Source: an uncultured Acidobacteriota bacterium
Lineage (GTDB): Bacteria; Acidobacteriota; Vicinamibacteria; Marinacidobacterales; DATDRI01
Direction: 5' to 3'
DNA: 64,000 nucleotides
NCBI GenBank assembly: GCA_963722765.1
Contig: CAVROO010000023.1
Span: forward strand, 22,726 to 86,725
Shown here: one piece after another, positions 29,572-40,860 of the stretch
Layout: each line of letters begins with the position of its first letter
Position numbering within the stretch: the stretch's first letter is position 1
Program-made: the position numbers and the translations under genes
The notes under the pieces: generated by a model
The model's input: only the letters and a program-made list of their open reading frames with translations
Told to the model about the DNA's origin: nothing
Database searches by the model: none

Positions 29572-30489
29572 ATGACCGGTGAGACCGACATTGTTGTGGG
29601 GATGGGAGAGCTGTTGTGGGACTGCTTCTCCGACTCGAGGCGACCGGGCGGCGCGCCCGCCAATGTCGCCTTTCACGTCCAGCAATTGGGCCACCGGGGA
29701 GTTATTTGTTCTCGAGTCGGTGACGATGCACTTGGAAACGAGATCCTGAAGTATCTGACGGACCACGGGATGGACACGGGACACATCCAGAAGGATGCGC
29801 ATACGCCCACCGGTACCGTATCGGTCGATACGACGCGGCCGAAAGCACCGTCGTTCGTCATTCACGAGAATGTGGCTTGGGATCACCTGGTCTTCGATGA
29901 ATCGCTGGATGCTTTGATGAAAAAAGCGTCTGCTGTATGTTTCGGGACCTTGGCGCAGCGCCATCCCGACAGTCGCAAGACGATCCGTCGCGCCCTCGAA
30001 GCCTCCCGGCAAGCGGTCATCGTTTACGACGTCAACCTACGTCAATCCTGGTATCGAAAAGACTGGATCGAAGAGTCCTTGCAGGCATCAAACGTCGTGA
30101 AGCTCAACGAGAGTGAGCTCATCATGCTGGCCGACATGATTGCCACCGGACCGAACCGACCGGGAGACACGGCCCGTTTCTTGCTGGAACGTTACTTACT
30201 CGATCTCGTCGTCGTTACCCGAGGAGAGCGCGGTTGCCTGCTCGTTGGAGAACAAGTGACCGTAGATGAACCGGGGATGCCCATCGATGTGACGGACTCG
30301 GTGGGCGCCGGAGACGCCTTCACGGCGGCGATCATCTCCTCACGACTCCGCGGTTGGCCGCTCGACGTCTCGGCTTGGTTCGCCAACCGAGTCGGTTCGT
30401 TGGTCGCGGCGCGCCCCGGTGCCATGCCGGACCTCAGCGAAGCGCTCCAACGGGTCGTTACAGACGCGGAGTATCGAGTTTACCGCTGA
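29572..30489 (+). CDS. PfkB-family carbohydrate kinase (fructokinase-like)
   Basis: 305-aa ORF with an N-terminal GELLWD..GGAPANVA and the C-terminal anion hole DSVGAGDAFTAA. It sits next to sucrose genes. Confidence 0.8.
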   Translation: MTGETDIVVGMGELLWDCFSDSRRPGGAPANVAFHVQQLGHRGVICSRVGDDALGNEILKYLTDHGMDTGHIQKDAHTPTGTVSVDTTRPKAPSFVIHENVAWDHLVFDESLDALMKKASAVCFGTLAQRHPDSRKTIRRALEASRQAVIVYDVNLRQSWYRKDWIEESLQASNVVKLNESELIMLADMIATGPNRPGDTARFLLERYLLDLVVVTRGERGCLLVGEQVTVDEPGMPIDVTDSVGAGDAFTAAIISSRLRGWPLDVSAWFANRVGSLVAARPGAMPDLSEALQRVVTDAEYRVYR

Positions 30490-30532
30490 TATTGATACCG
30501 GGCGACATCCACACACAAGAGAAAGGTGTGAG

Positions 30533-32708
30533 ATGCCACAACATAGCCATCGTTACATTTTGCTGGTCAGCGTCCATGGACTCGTTCGCGGCTCCGATAT
30601 GGAACTGGGTCGCGACGCCGACACCGGGGGGCAGGTTAAATACGTCGTCGAGCTGGCACGGGCCCTCATCGAGCACCCCGGCGTGGAGAAAGTCGACCTG
30701 GTTACCCGCCGGGTTCCCGACTCGCGAGTGGACGCAGGCTACGCCAAGCCTGTCGAGGTGCTCCAACCGGGCGTAAATATCATTCGTATCCCTTGCGGGC
30801 CGAACCGCTACGTCGCCAAGGAGTCTCTGTGGCCCTACCTCGACAGTTTCGTTGACAACACGCTTCAGTATCTGCGGTCGCAGGGACGGCCGCCCGATCT
30901 GGTTCACGGTCACTATGCCGACGCCGGTTATGTCGCTTCCTGCTTGTCGGGAGTGATGAACATCCCCATGGCTTTTACGGGTCACTCTCTGGGTCGGGTC
31001 AAGCGCGAGCGTCTCCTCGAAAAAGGCTCCAAACCGGAATCCATCGAAAAACGCTATCGTATCTCGCGACGCATCGAGGCGGAAGAAAACGCCCTCGACC
31101 ATGCCGCGCTGGTGGTTGCCAGCACCAGCCAGGAAGTCGAAGAGCAATACTGCGCTATACGACTACTATCAACCGCGACGGATGCTCGTCATCCCGCCGG
31201 GCGTGGATCTCAGCCGATTCTCGCCGCCGGGCCGAACCTGGCTCCGGCAACCTCCCATTTTGGATACGGTGAGAACGTTTCTCGACAACTGGCGAAAGCC
31301 CATGATCCTCGCCCTATCCCGGCCCGATCCGAGGAAGAACATCGCGACCTTGCTCAAGGCATACGGTGAAAATGCCGCGCTCCGCGAAGCCGCTAATCTG
31401 GTCATCGTGGCGGGTAATCGTTCCGACATCCGGGAAATGGACAAGGGCGCCCGGGAAGTTCTCAATGAGATCCTCTATCTGGTCGACTACTACAACCTGT
31501 ACGGCCACGTCGCCTATCCCAAATTTCACGAGCCCGACGATGTCCCCGACCTCTATCGTCTGGCTGCAAAAACCAAAGGTGTGTTCGTCAATCCCGCCCT
31601 CACCGAGCCTTTCGGTCTGACACTACTGGAAGCGGCGGCGAGCGGATTGCCGGTCGTTGCAACGGCGGACGGCGGGCCGCGCGACATCGTCTCCCTTTGC
31701 AGGAACGGCATGTTGTTCGATCCCCTCGACGTAGAAGGGCTCGGCGAAGCGCTGCTATTCGCGTTGAGTGACAACGGCCGGTGGCGGAAGTGGTCTCAAA
31801 GCGGCGTCCGGGGTGTCCATCGACATTTCTCCTGGAACGCGCACGTCAAGAAGTACATGCGGGCCGCCAACATGGTGATCCAGCAGTCGGAACGGCGCCG
31901 TTTCTACAAGCCCAAGAGCCGCTTGATCACGGCCGACCGAATTCTCGTGAGTGACATCGACAACACGCTCGTCGGAGACCGGACCGCGCTGCGTCTGTTG
32001 CTCAGGATGCTCAAAGATGCCGGAGAGCAGGTGGCCTTCGGGATCGCCACGGGACGCAGCATGGAATTGACTCTCGAAGTCCTGGAAGAGTGGAAGATTC
32101 CAACCCCACAACTTCTCATCACGTCGGTCGGAAGCGATATTCACTACGGCCCCCATCACGTTCAGGACAAAGCATGGGAAAGACACATACATTACCGTTG
32201 GAGGCCGGATGCTCTGCGAAAGGCCATGAGAAAGCTGCCCGGCGTGAAACTCCAGCCTCCAAAAGGGCAGGGAGATTTCAAGGTCAGCTATTCCGTAGAC
32301 CCGAACAAAATGCCCTCCATCGAAAAGATCGTCAGTCGTCTCAGACGCCAGCGCCTGCATGCACGCGTCATCTATTCTCATCGCGCCTATCTCGATCTTC
32401 TTCCGATCCGCGCTTCCAAAGGCATGGCATTGCGCTACTTCGCCACCAAGTGGGGAATCCCCTTGGATCGCTGCCTGGTCGCCGGAGACTCCGGCAACGA
32501 CGAGGAAATGTTGACCGGTAATACCTTGGCTGTAGTCGTGGGCAACCACGATCCCGAGCTCGAGATACTGCGCGGCGAGCCCTTTGTCTACTTCGCCGAG
32601 GGTCGATATGCGCGTGGTATCATCGAAGGCATCGAGCACTACGACTTCCTCGGCGGGATGAGCCAAACTCAATTGGAGACTTCACCCTATGTTCGAATCG
32701 CTCATTGA
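30533..32708 (+). CDS. Sucrose-phosphate synthase with C-terminal sucrose-phosphatase-like HAD domain, frameshifted as assembled near 31150
   Basis: [16 protein letters not shown]...DTGGQVKYV and [20 protein letters not shown] are GT4 motifs. ORFs join as ..SQEVEEQY / [19 protein letters not shown]. The HAD motif I SDIDNTL is intact. Confidence 0.85.
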
Positions 32709-35082
32709 TTATCTTCAAAATCATCGTGATGAAGCCTACTTGCTGTTTCGACGGTACGTAACCCGAGAAAGGAATTTTCTTTTGCGCTCGGATCTGATCG
32801 ACGAGCTCGAGGCTTTCGCAGCGGAGAATCATGCCGTGAGCATCGGGGAATCACCGTTGGGAGATACCGTCCGAGTCGGCCAGGAAGCCGCCCTCGAGGC
32901 GCCGTGGCTTTTTCTCGCCATCCGGCCTCGTATCGGGGAATGGCGCTACCTACGATTCCACGTCGAGACGGTGGATGTCGAGGAGGTCAACGCGTCGGAC
33001 TACCTGGCATTCAAAGAACGCATTTTGAACGGCCAGGCGGCGGTCGACGAGTGGCCTTTGGAGATCGATCTAAAACCGTTCAATCGGGAGTTCCCTCGCC
33101 TGAAAGAAGCGCGGTCCATCGGTCAAGGCGTATCCTTTCTGAATCGGAAACTGTCGAGCGAGCTCTTCGAGAAACTCGACAAGGGAGACGAGAGGCTCCT
33201 GGACTTCCTTCGCCTTCATCAAGTGCGTGGAACGCAGTTGATGCTGAACCAGCGCATCGTCAACGTGGCGGAGCTACGCGGGGCGGTCCGGCGCGCCGGT
33301 GAGTATCTGGAAAAGCAGCCCGAAGACTCCACCTGGGACCAGGTCGGGCACAAGCTGCAGGAGCTGGGTTTCGAGCCCGGTTGGGGCAAAACCGTCCAAA
33401 GGATGCTGGATACGTTTCATTTGCTCTCCGACATCTTGGAGGCTCCGGCGCCGACCAATCTCGAGGAGTTCCTTTCGCGGATTCCCATGATCTTCAGCAT
33501 CGTCATCCTTTCACCGCACGGCTATTTCGGACAATCCAACGTCCTCGGACTTCCCGACACGGGCGGGCAGGTTGTCTATATCCTCGATCAGACGCGGGCC
33601 TTGGAAAAGGAAATGCACGAGCGTCTCGACGAGCAGGGCGTCGATCTGGAGCCGAAGATTCTCGTCGTGACGCGTTTGATTCCCGAAGCCCATGGTACGA
33701 CCTGTGACCAGCCGATCGAGAAGATCATGGGAACCCGGAACGCCCTCATCCTGCGCGTGCCGTTTCGCGGAGAAGACGGAGAGATCGTCCCCCATTGGAT
33801 CTCGCGCTTCGAGGTTTGGCCCTATCTCGAACGCTTCGCACTGGAAGCCGAGAAAGAAATTGTTGCCGAGCTCGAGGGACGGCCCGCACTTCTTATCGGT
33901 AACTATTCCGACGGGAACTTGGTGGCTTCACTGATGTCGCGCCGCCTCCATGTGACGCAATGCAACATCGCCCACGCTCTCGAGAAAACCAAATACCTCT
34001 GGTCCGACCTCTATTGGCGACAAAACGACGACCAATATCATTTCGCATGTCAGTTCACGGCGGATCTCATCGCGATGAACACCGCCGACTTCATCATCAC
34101 CAGCACCTATCAGGAAATTGCCGGCACAAAAGAGAGCGTGGGCCAGTACGAGAGCTACGGTTCCTTCACCATGCCCGATCTTTATCGCGTGGTCAACGGA
34201 ATCGACGTTTTCGATCCCAAGTTCAATGTCGTTTCTCCCGGCGCCGATCCCGACGTCTATTTCCCGTATACGGATACGGATCGACGTCTCCAGGGCTTAC
34301 ATGACGAGCTACAAACACTCATCCTGGGGGACGGTGGAGGGCATCCGTACCGGGGACGGTTTGCAGAATCAGGCAAACCCATTATTTTTACTATGGCACG
34401 GTTGGATCGCATCAAAAATCTCACCGGATTAGTGGATTGGTACGGCCGCTCTTCTCGTTTGAGAGAGCTGGCCAATCTACTCGTCATCGGTGGGAACATC
34501 GACCCCGGCCGGTCGAACGACCATGAAGAACGCGAGCAAATTCAGCGGATGCACGAGCTGATCGACTCACACCGACTCGAGTCGAACCTGCACTGGGTCG
34601 AGTTTCAAGCGGAGCGCACGCTGGTGGGTGAGCTCTATCGCTTCGTGGCCGATTTCAGAGGGGTCTTCGTTCAGCCGGCTCTGTTCGAGGCTTACGGCCT
34701 AACGGTCATCGAGGCCATGAGCTCGGGGCTTCCGACGTTCGCTACTTGTTACGGCGGACCGTCTGAAGTCATAGAGGACGGAGTTTCGGGTTTTCATATC
34801 GACCCGAATCACGGCGACGCAGCCGCCGACAAAATCGCCGATTTTCTCGAGAGGAGTGGGGAAAATCCAGAGCATTGGGAAAGCATCTCCCGAGGTTCTC
34901 TCGATCGCATCGAGACTAGGTACACCTGGAGACTCTACGGCCGGCGCATGATGACCCTGGCACGAATTTACGGTTTCTGGAAGTTCGTGACCAATCTCGA
35001 GCGCGAAGAGACCCGCCGTTATTTGGAAATGTTTTACGGCCTGCAGTACCGACCTTTGACGGAACGAATCAGCTCTACCTAA
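32689..35082 (+). CDS. Sucrose synthase
   Basis: 797 aa. [30 protein letters not shown] and the C-terminal GT-B motifs ([24 protein letters not shown]) are characteristic. It overlaps the SPS gene by 20 nt. Confidence 0.9.
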   Translation: MFESLIDYLQNHRDEAYLLFRRYVTRERNFLLRSDLIDELEAFAAENHAVSIGESPLGDTVRVGQEAALEAPWLFLAIRPRIGEWRYLRFHVETVDVEEVNASDYLAFKERILNGQAAVDEWPLEIDLKPFNREFPRLKEARSIGQGVSFLNRKLSSELFEKLDKGDERLLDFLRLHQVRGTQLMLNQRIVNVAELRGAVRRAGEYLEKQPEDSTWDQVGHKLQELGFEPGWGKTVQRMLDTFHLLSDILEAPAPTNLEEFLSRIPMIFSIVILSPHGYFGQSNVLGLPDTGGQVVYILDQTRALEKEMHERLDEQGVDLEPKILVVTRLIPEAHGTTCDQPIEKIMGTRNALILRVPFRGEDGEIVPHWISRFEVWPYLERFALEAEKEIVAELEGRPALLIGNYSDGNLVASLMSRRLHVTQCNIAHALEKTKYLWSDLYWRQNDDQYHFACQFTADLIAMNTADFIITSTYQEIAGTKESVGQYESYGSFTMPDLYRVVNGIDVFDPKFNVVSPGADPDVYFPYTDTDRRLQGLHDELQTLILGDGGGHPYRGRFAESGKPIIFTMARLDRIKNLTGLVDWYGRSSRLRELANLLVIGGNIDPGRSNDHEEREQIQRMHELIDSHRLESNLHWVEFQAERTLVGELYRFVADFRGVFVQPALFEAYGLTVIEAMSSGLPTFATCYGGPSEVIEDGVSGFHIDPNHGDAAADKIADFLERSGENPEHWESISRGSLDRIETRYTWRLYGRRMMTLARIYGFWKFVTNLEREETRRYLEMFYGLQYRPLTERISST

Positions 35083-35108
35083 ACGAGTGAGATCGAGCTA
35101 CCGGGAAG

Positions 35109-35360
35109 ATGCTTGGTTTGAGATGGCCCCTGAATCCAACAGTTTTCGAGATCAACACGTGGACCTGGCTACACGAGCTATCGAAAAAGCACGAGCACAG
35201 GGTGACACTCGACACCGTCCCTCCGGGTGAGCTCGACGGACTGCGGCGATTCGACGCCGTGTGGCTCATGGGCGTCTGGGAACGCAGTCCGAAAGGCCGC
35301 GAAATCGCACTTCGCCACCCGTCCTTGCAAGGCGAACAATCCCCGAACGTCATCCTTTGA
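35109..35360 (+). pseudogene. Alpha-amylase-family (GH13-like) gene, 83-codon 5' stub
   Basis: PTVFEINTWTWLHELS...LDTVPPGELDGLRRFDAVWLMGVWERSP resembles the N-terminus of a much longer glucan-active enzyme family. The frame ends at 35360 and no continuation appears in any frame. Confidence 0.5.
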
Positions 35361-35459
35361 GGCGTTTTTGCGGTCCGCTCGCAGTGCTACAATGCGGTAT
35401 CTCCACGACACGAACCATTGAGCCGGAGTCTCTTTTCGATCGATAGAGGAAGCGAACTT

Positions 35460-37208
35460 ATGGATGCGAAAACAAATCATCGACCCGGCAAGGACGTTAT
35501 CCCGGGTCAAATCAAGCCGACGCGGGTCGACACGGATCTCTTGGAGCTCGGCAACCGAAAGATCTACTGGCCGCAAAAGGTCGCCGTGTCGAGAAAAGGC
35601 ATGATCTCCACCGCGCATTACCGAGCCACGGAAGCCGGTGTCGAGATGCTCGAAACGGGAGGTAACGCCTTCGACGCAGCCGTCGCCGCCGCCTTCGCCC
35701 TCGGCGTTTGTGAGCCGGCCGCCTCGGGGCTGGGCGGACAGACCATGCTCCTGATCCACGATGCCGAGACCGCACAGACCATCGCTCTCGACGGATCTTC
35801 ACGGGCGCCCAATCGCGCCACAGCGGAGGCACTTTCCAAAGTCGAGCGCCGCCGAGGCTACCGTGCGGCTACCGTTCCAAGCACCCCCGCGGTTCTGCGC
35901 TACGTGCTCGAACGTTATGGCAAGCTAAAGCTTGCCCGGGTGCTCGAACCGTCCATCCGACTTGCCGAAGACGGATACGCGGTGAGTGTCCTCCAGCGCG
36001 CGCTCGCCCGGCGCGAGCTCAAAAACCTGAAGTCCCACACCGCGGGCCCGCTCTTTCTCCAAGGTGGCGCAAAAACCTATCAAGCGGGAACGATCTTCAA
36101 ACAGCAGGCGTTGGCCGATACTTTGAGACGGCTTGCCAAAAAGGGAATCAAGGACTTCTACTCCGGCCAGATCGCGAAAGCAATTCACGACGATATGGCG
36201 CGACACGACGGCTTCATCCAGCAAGACGATCTGGCACAGGTTCCCCGTCCCATAGAGCGACGTCCCGTCACGACGCGCTTCAACGGGCAACGGGTCTTCA
36301 CGTTTCCGCCGCCTGGAGCCGGTCGGACGCTCATCGAGATGATGAACGTCTATCAACAGTTGCCCGCCTCGCGCCAGGCACTGGATCGGCCCGAAGGGGC
36401 CGTGTTTCTGGCAGAGATCATCCGCCGCGCTTTCGTGGACCGACAGGATCGGCCTTTCGACCCCCACTTCTTCGCCCAGGTCTCGGAAAAACGGATGCTG
36501 AGCCAGGACTACGCGAAGCTCGTGGCAAAACAAGCGCTGAAGAGATTCAAGGGCCACGGAGAGACGACACACTTGTCCGTCATGGACCAGGATGGAAACA
36601 CCGTCGCCCTCACTCAATCGATTGAGAGAGTCTACGGTTCGTATTCGGCGACGGCGGAGCTGGGTTTTCTCTACAACAACTACATGAGCGCCTTCGAGTA
36701 CGAGGACATCTCTCACCCCTATTACATGCGCCCCAATGCCGTTCCTTGGGCGAGCGTGGCCCCGACCATCGTCTTTCGTGGAAGAAGGCCCTGGCTCGCC
36801 ATCGGGTCTCCGGGAAGCGAGCGAATCACCTCCGCGATCCTTCAAGTGCTCATCCGGCTCGAGTCGGGAAGCCCACTCGCTGCGGTGGACGCACCGCGGC
36901 TGCACAGCTCTTTGCTTGGAAAGGTCTCCCTCGAGGCGACGCGCATGAGAAGCGACATTCCGGAGGCGCTCAAGCGTTATGGCTTCGAGGTCGACGTCAG
37001 GGATCCCTATTCTTTCTATCTGGGTTGCGTCCAGCTCGTGATGCGCGACAAACACGAGCTCATTGGAGTCGCCGACCCCCGCCGCGATGGCGCCGCCGGC
37101 GGCCCGACCCACCGAGCGGTGACGACCGTCTCTTCGCACTCCGCGAAAGCAGCCAGAAATACCAAAACCCCCGTGGCGAAAACCGATAAGAAAGCAGCAA
37201 CAAGATGA
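35460..37208 (+). CDS. ggt: Gamma-glutamyltransferase family protein
   Basis: ATG at 35460 after GAGGAAG. GGNAFDAAVAAAFALGV, SGLGGQTMLL and the autoprocessing/nucleophile site GETTHLSVMDQDGN are present. No obvious signal peptide. Confidence 0.85.
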   Translation: MDAKTNHRPGKDVIPGQIKPTRVDTDLLELGNRKIYWPQKVAVSRKGMISTAHYRATEAGVEMLETGGNAFDAAVAAAFALGVCEPAASGLGGQTMLLIHDAETAQTIALDGSSRAPNRATAEALSKVERRRGYRAATVPSTPAVLRYVLERYGKLKLARVLEPSIRLAEDGYAVSVLQRALARRELKNLKSHTAGPLFLQGGAKTYQAGTIFKQQALADTLRRLAKKGIKDFYSGQIAKAIHDDMARHDGFIQQDDLAQVPRPIERRPVTTRFNGQRVFTFPPPGAGRTLIEMMNVYQQLPASRQALDRPEGAVFLAEIIRRAFVDRQDRPFDPHFFAQVSEKRMLSQDYAKLVAKQALKRFKGHGETTHLSVMDQDGNTVALTQSIERVYGSYSATAELGFLYNNYMSAFEYEDISHPYYMRPNAVPWASVAPTIVFRGRRPWLAIGSPGSERITSAILQVLIRLESGSPLAAVDAPRLHSSLLGKVSLEATRMRSDIPEALKRYGFEVDVRDPYSFYLGCVQLVMRDKHELIGVADPRRDGAAGGPTHRAVTTVSSHSAKAARNTKTPVAKTDKKAATR

Positions 37209-37897
37209 AACTGCCGCTCCTAGGTTCCGTACCGCATGCCGGACTGCGCGTTCCCGAAGAGGCGGAACCTTACTGCATCCTCACGCCGGAGGAGGTGGAA
37301 GAGGACGGCGACGTGGGCGCGGCGGAGATTTATGCGCTCGAGTCGGAGCTCGATGCCTACCTAACGTCGGACATAGCCCGCGCCATCGTGGACCTCAACC
37401 GAGCCGTCGACGATCGCAGGCCCGACGGAGTGGTCAAAACGCACACATGCTGGAACGTTCCGGTGTACGGCGAGTTTCCTCCGGTCGAGGTCGTGAATCA
37501 ACTACTCGATCGCTACTACCACCCCTACCACGGGCGTCTGACCGAGCTGGCCGGGACCGGAGTCCGATTGGCATTGGACCTCCACACGATGGCTGCAACC
37601 GGTCCACCCGTGGGGCCGGATCCCGGAATCGAGCGTCCTTGGGTTTGCCTGAGCAACGGCGACGGAACGACATGCCCGCAAGAGTGGATCGAATCTCTCG
37701 CAAAATGCTTTGAAAAAGAATTTGGACCGAAGGTCCAAATCAACGATCCGTTCAAAGGCGGCTACATCACCCGCTCGCACGCCCCTGAGCTTCCCTGGAT
37801 TCAAGTGGAGCTTTCGCGCGGACCTTTCATGACGAACGCGGACAAGCGCCGCGCCGTACTCGAAGCGCTCACGCGATGGTGCCGGCAGAATCCGTGA
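37205..37897 (+). CDS. N-formylglutamate amidohydrolase (FGase) family protein
   Basis: The start overlaps the ggt stop (ATGA at 37205-37208). SVPHAGLRVPEE, DLNR, LDLHTM and WIQVELSR are family-like motifs. Confidence 0.75.
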   Translation: MKLPLLGSVPHAGLRVPEEAEPYCILTPEEVEEDGDVGAAEIYALESELDAYLTSDIARAIVDLNRAVDDRRPDGVVKTHTCWNVPVYGEFPPVEVVNQLLDRYYHPYHGRLTELAGTGVRLALDLHTMAATGPPVGPDPGIERPWVCLSNGDGTTCPQEWIESLAKCFEKEFGPKVQINDPFKGGYITRSHAPELPWIQVELSRGPFMTNADKRRAVLEALTRWCRQNP

Positions 37898-37949
37898 ACG
37901 TCGAGTCGTTACGCCCCGCGTGACGTTTTGTATCTCGCGAAAAAGCGCT

Positions 37950-39182
37950 TCACCATCGCAGCCGGACCTCCTGGATCGCCTGAGAAGTACTTCGTTCAAC
38001 GGTGAAAGTAACGCCCCTTGATTTGATGACGGTTCCCGGGGGTGATATCTCACCCGATTTCTCGAGCAAGTACCCAGCCAACGTCGCATAGTTGCCCTTA
38101 GGTAGCTGGATGCCCAGTTCCTCCTCCAATCGATCCAATTCGATGCGGGCACTCACGATGTAGTCTTTCTTGGAGATCTTGCGTATCCACTGTTGCGGTT
38201 TCTCCCCGATGTCATACTCATCTTCGAGCTCTTCGACGACTTCCTCCATGATGTCTTCCATGGTGACCAGTCCCGCCGCCCCTCCGAATTCATCAACGAC
38301 CACGGCGACGGTGTCGCCGTCCTTGCGAAGATCCAGAAGTAGCTCGCTGATGTTCTTGGAGGGAGGTACGAATCGAACTTCACGCACGAAAGGCTTGATG
38401 GATATTTGGCCATCGGCATCGAGAAGCTCCAGCGCGTTGAGCACTCCCACGATTTTGTCCACCCGTTCGATATAAACCAGCAGCCGGACGTGTGATTGGC
38501 TTCCTGCCAAACGAATGGCTTCCGCGCAGGTGGCGCCCTGCTCGATAGCCACCACGTCGATCAGGGGAATCATCACTTCATAGGCCGTTGTCTCGGAAAA
38601 GGTGAAGACACGCTGGATCATGTCTCGTTCCACCGGTTGAATATCCCCTCCGGTGGCGGGCAAATGCAGCATGGTGAGAATTTCTTCACGGAGTGTGAAA
38701 GGACTTTGAACCTGCTGCCCGAATCCTTTCGTGAGAGCGCGAGTGATCACGGAAAAGACAATGAGTATCGGGAAGAAGACATAGGAGGCGAAACGAAGCA
38801 GGAAGATGACGCGTGGAGTGATCGTGTCGGCGCGTTGTTGAAAAATGCTCTTCGGTACGATCTCTCCCAAGATCCAGATCAGGGGAGCCACGAGTACAAT
38901 TGCCAGCCAGCTGTTCTGCTCCCCGAACAGATCTATCATCAAAGCCGTGACAATCGTGGTATTGCTTACCACGGCGATATTGGTTCCCACGAGAGTGGTG
39001 GATAGGAGCCACTCGGGCTCCTTCAACATATGCAGCGCGATCTTCGCTCCCCGGGACCCTTTGGCGGCAGCGTGGCGGAGTTTCATCTGATCCGCACTCA
39101 CGACTCCCAACTCAGAACCGGAAAAGAAGGCTTCCATGAGAAGGAAAGCCAACATCAAGATCAGAGTCGTGACTACGTCCAT
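37950..39182 (-). CDS. CNNM/CorC-family transporter (DUF21 + CBS pair + CorC_HlyC)
   Basis: FFSGSELGVVS is the DUF21 signature. A CBS pair and the C-terminal GNYATLAGYLLEKSGEISPPG follow. I prefer the ATG at 39182 over the TTG at 39218, but the start is uncertain. Confidence 0.8.
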   Translation of the reverse strand: MDVVTTLILMLAFLLMEAFFSGSELGVVSADQMKLRHAAAKGSRGAKIALHMLKEPEWLLSTTLVGTNIAVVSNTTIVTALMIDLFGEQNSWLAIVLVAPLIWILGEIVPKSIFQQRADTITPRVIFLLRFASYVFFPILIVFSVITRALTKGFGQQVQSPFTLREEILTMLHLPATGGDIQPVERDMIQRVFTFSETTAYEVMIPLIDVVAIEQGATCAEAIRLAGSQSHVRLLVYIERVDKIVGVLNALELLDADGQISIKPFVREVRFVPPSKNISELLLDLRKDGDTVAVVVDEFGGAAGLVTMEDIMEEVVEELEDEYDIGEKPQQWIRKISKKDYIVSARIELDRLEEELGIQLPKGNYATLAGYLLEKSGEISPPGTVIKSRGVTFTVERSTSQAIQEVRLRW

Positions 39183-39195
39183 GGTTGCGATGTAT

Positions 39196-40583
39196 TTACC
39201 TCGTGCATTCGCCGTCAAAGGCCCGGTGCAAAGTATTAGCCTCGATTATTGTCGTCATCCCGCGGAGGCTCGAGCTCGGGGGATGAAGACGGAGTCCCTC
39301 AGATCCCGTTTCTTCCTGACTCACTACGAACTCCAATGTTTTGATTCGGTTTTCTTCGACTTCCAAGACGAGGAACCGGAATCTGTCGATCTCTATTTCG
39401 GCCCCTTCGGGCGGCAACTCACCGTAATGATGCAAGTATCAATCCCCCGATGGTATCCCCCCACTCATCCGAAAGATCCGATTCCATTTCCCGGTTGAAC
39501 TCCGCAATGGGGATGCCGCCCTCCACCGTATAGCGACCTTTGCTCGGATCTTTCGCGCTGATATTGTGCTGCTCATCGGAAGGGCTGTGGATCTCACCGA
39601 AGATGCATTCGAGCAAATCTTCCATGGTAACGAGACCGGTGACACCACCGTATTCATCGACGGTGAGGGCGATGGATAGTTTGCGCTCTCGAAAAGTGCG
39701 GAAGAGATCAGCCGCCAATTTGGATTCCGGCACGAAATAGGGCTCACGTAAAAGCCGCCGAAAGGCGTCTTTATCCGGAGAAAAACCATCAATGTCTATG
39801 CCGAGAAGATCTCTCGCATGGAGTATTCCGGCGATATCGTCCTTGTGCTCATCGTAAACAGGGACCTTCGTGTGACGAGTTTCACACAGTTCCTTTGTTA
39901 TTTGATTTATCGGCGAATCGAGACTCAAGAAAAAAATATCCGATCGAGGCGTCATGACGTCATTCAGGGTCTTGTTCCCGAAGTCGAATATCTGCTCGAT
40001 ATATTGAGCTTCGAGATGATCCAAGGCGCCTTCTCCAAGGGCCTCCCTGGCCAGAACTCGAACCATATCTTCCGTGATGATATTGCCGCGGGAGCGGTCC
40101 TTGCCGATGAAGAGAGTGATGATCCGGTCCGCGATCTTGCGGATCACCCAGCGTAACGGCTTGATCATGCGGGCAAAGGTGTCGATGAGGCCCGCTCTCG
40201 AACCCGGCAAAGGCCACGTTGTGACGTATCGCCAAAGCTTTGGGAGTTATCTCACCCAAGAGCAGCAGGAGCGGCACCATGATGAGCAGGTTCATCCACT
40301 TGCTCTCGGCACCCATCACCTTTATCAAAACCGCCGCCGATATGACGGAGGCCGTCACATTGACCAGTTCGTTTCCGATCAGGATGGTGATGATGAGTCG
40401 ACGCGGTTCACTGAGTAGGCGTTGGATGATTTCGACCCGCGGATGCCGGTCCCGCCGCATTTGCTCCAGCTGTACGTCCCTCAGGGAGAAAAGCGAAGTC
40501 TCCGAGCTCGAGAAAAAAGCCGAAAACCCCATCATGACCGCGAATAGCACCAGCTCGAGCCAGAGCACGTAGTCCATGGTCAA
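39196..40583 (-). CDS. Second CNNM/CorC-family transporter, two frame breaks as assembled (near 40195 and 39425)
   Basis: ORFs 39960..40583 (FFSSSETSLFS, DUF21), 39419..40210 (CBS pair) and 39196..39435 (..HHYGELPPEGAEIEIDRFRFLVLEVEENRI, CorC_HlyC) form one colinear protein. Confidence 0.75.
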
Positions 40584-40860
40584 TCCATCGGCCTCTTGTA
40601 GTGAAACGTCACCGTTCCCTCGTCGCTAAAGCCGCAGACGTCCCGGCTACTTGACATAGAGGATGGTCCTCGAAGGTTCGATCTCCACCGCTCGGCGAAC
40701 GCACCGAGCACCGCACATCGCCATCAAAATCGTATCTTATCACCGAACGAGAGGCCCTCGGTTACCAAGAAATAATGATGGTCCACGATTGGCAGGCAGG
40801 TTTCGAAGCCAAGAGCGTATGTATGCATTTTTCGATTTCCCTAACGATCGGATCCCCACG

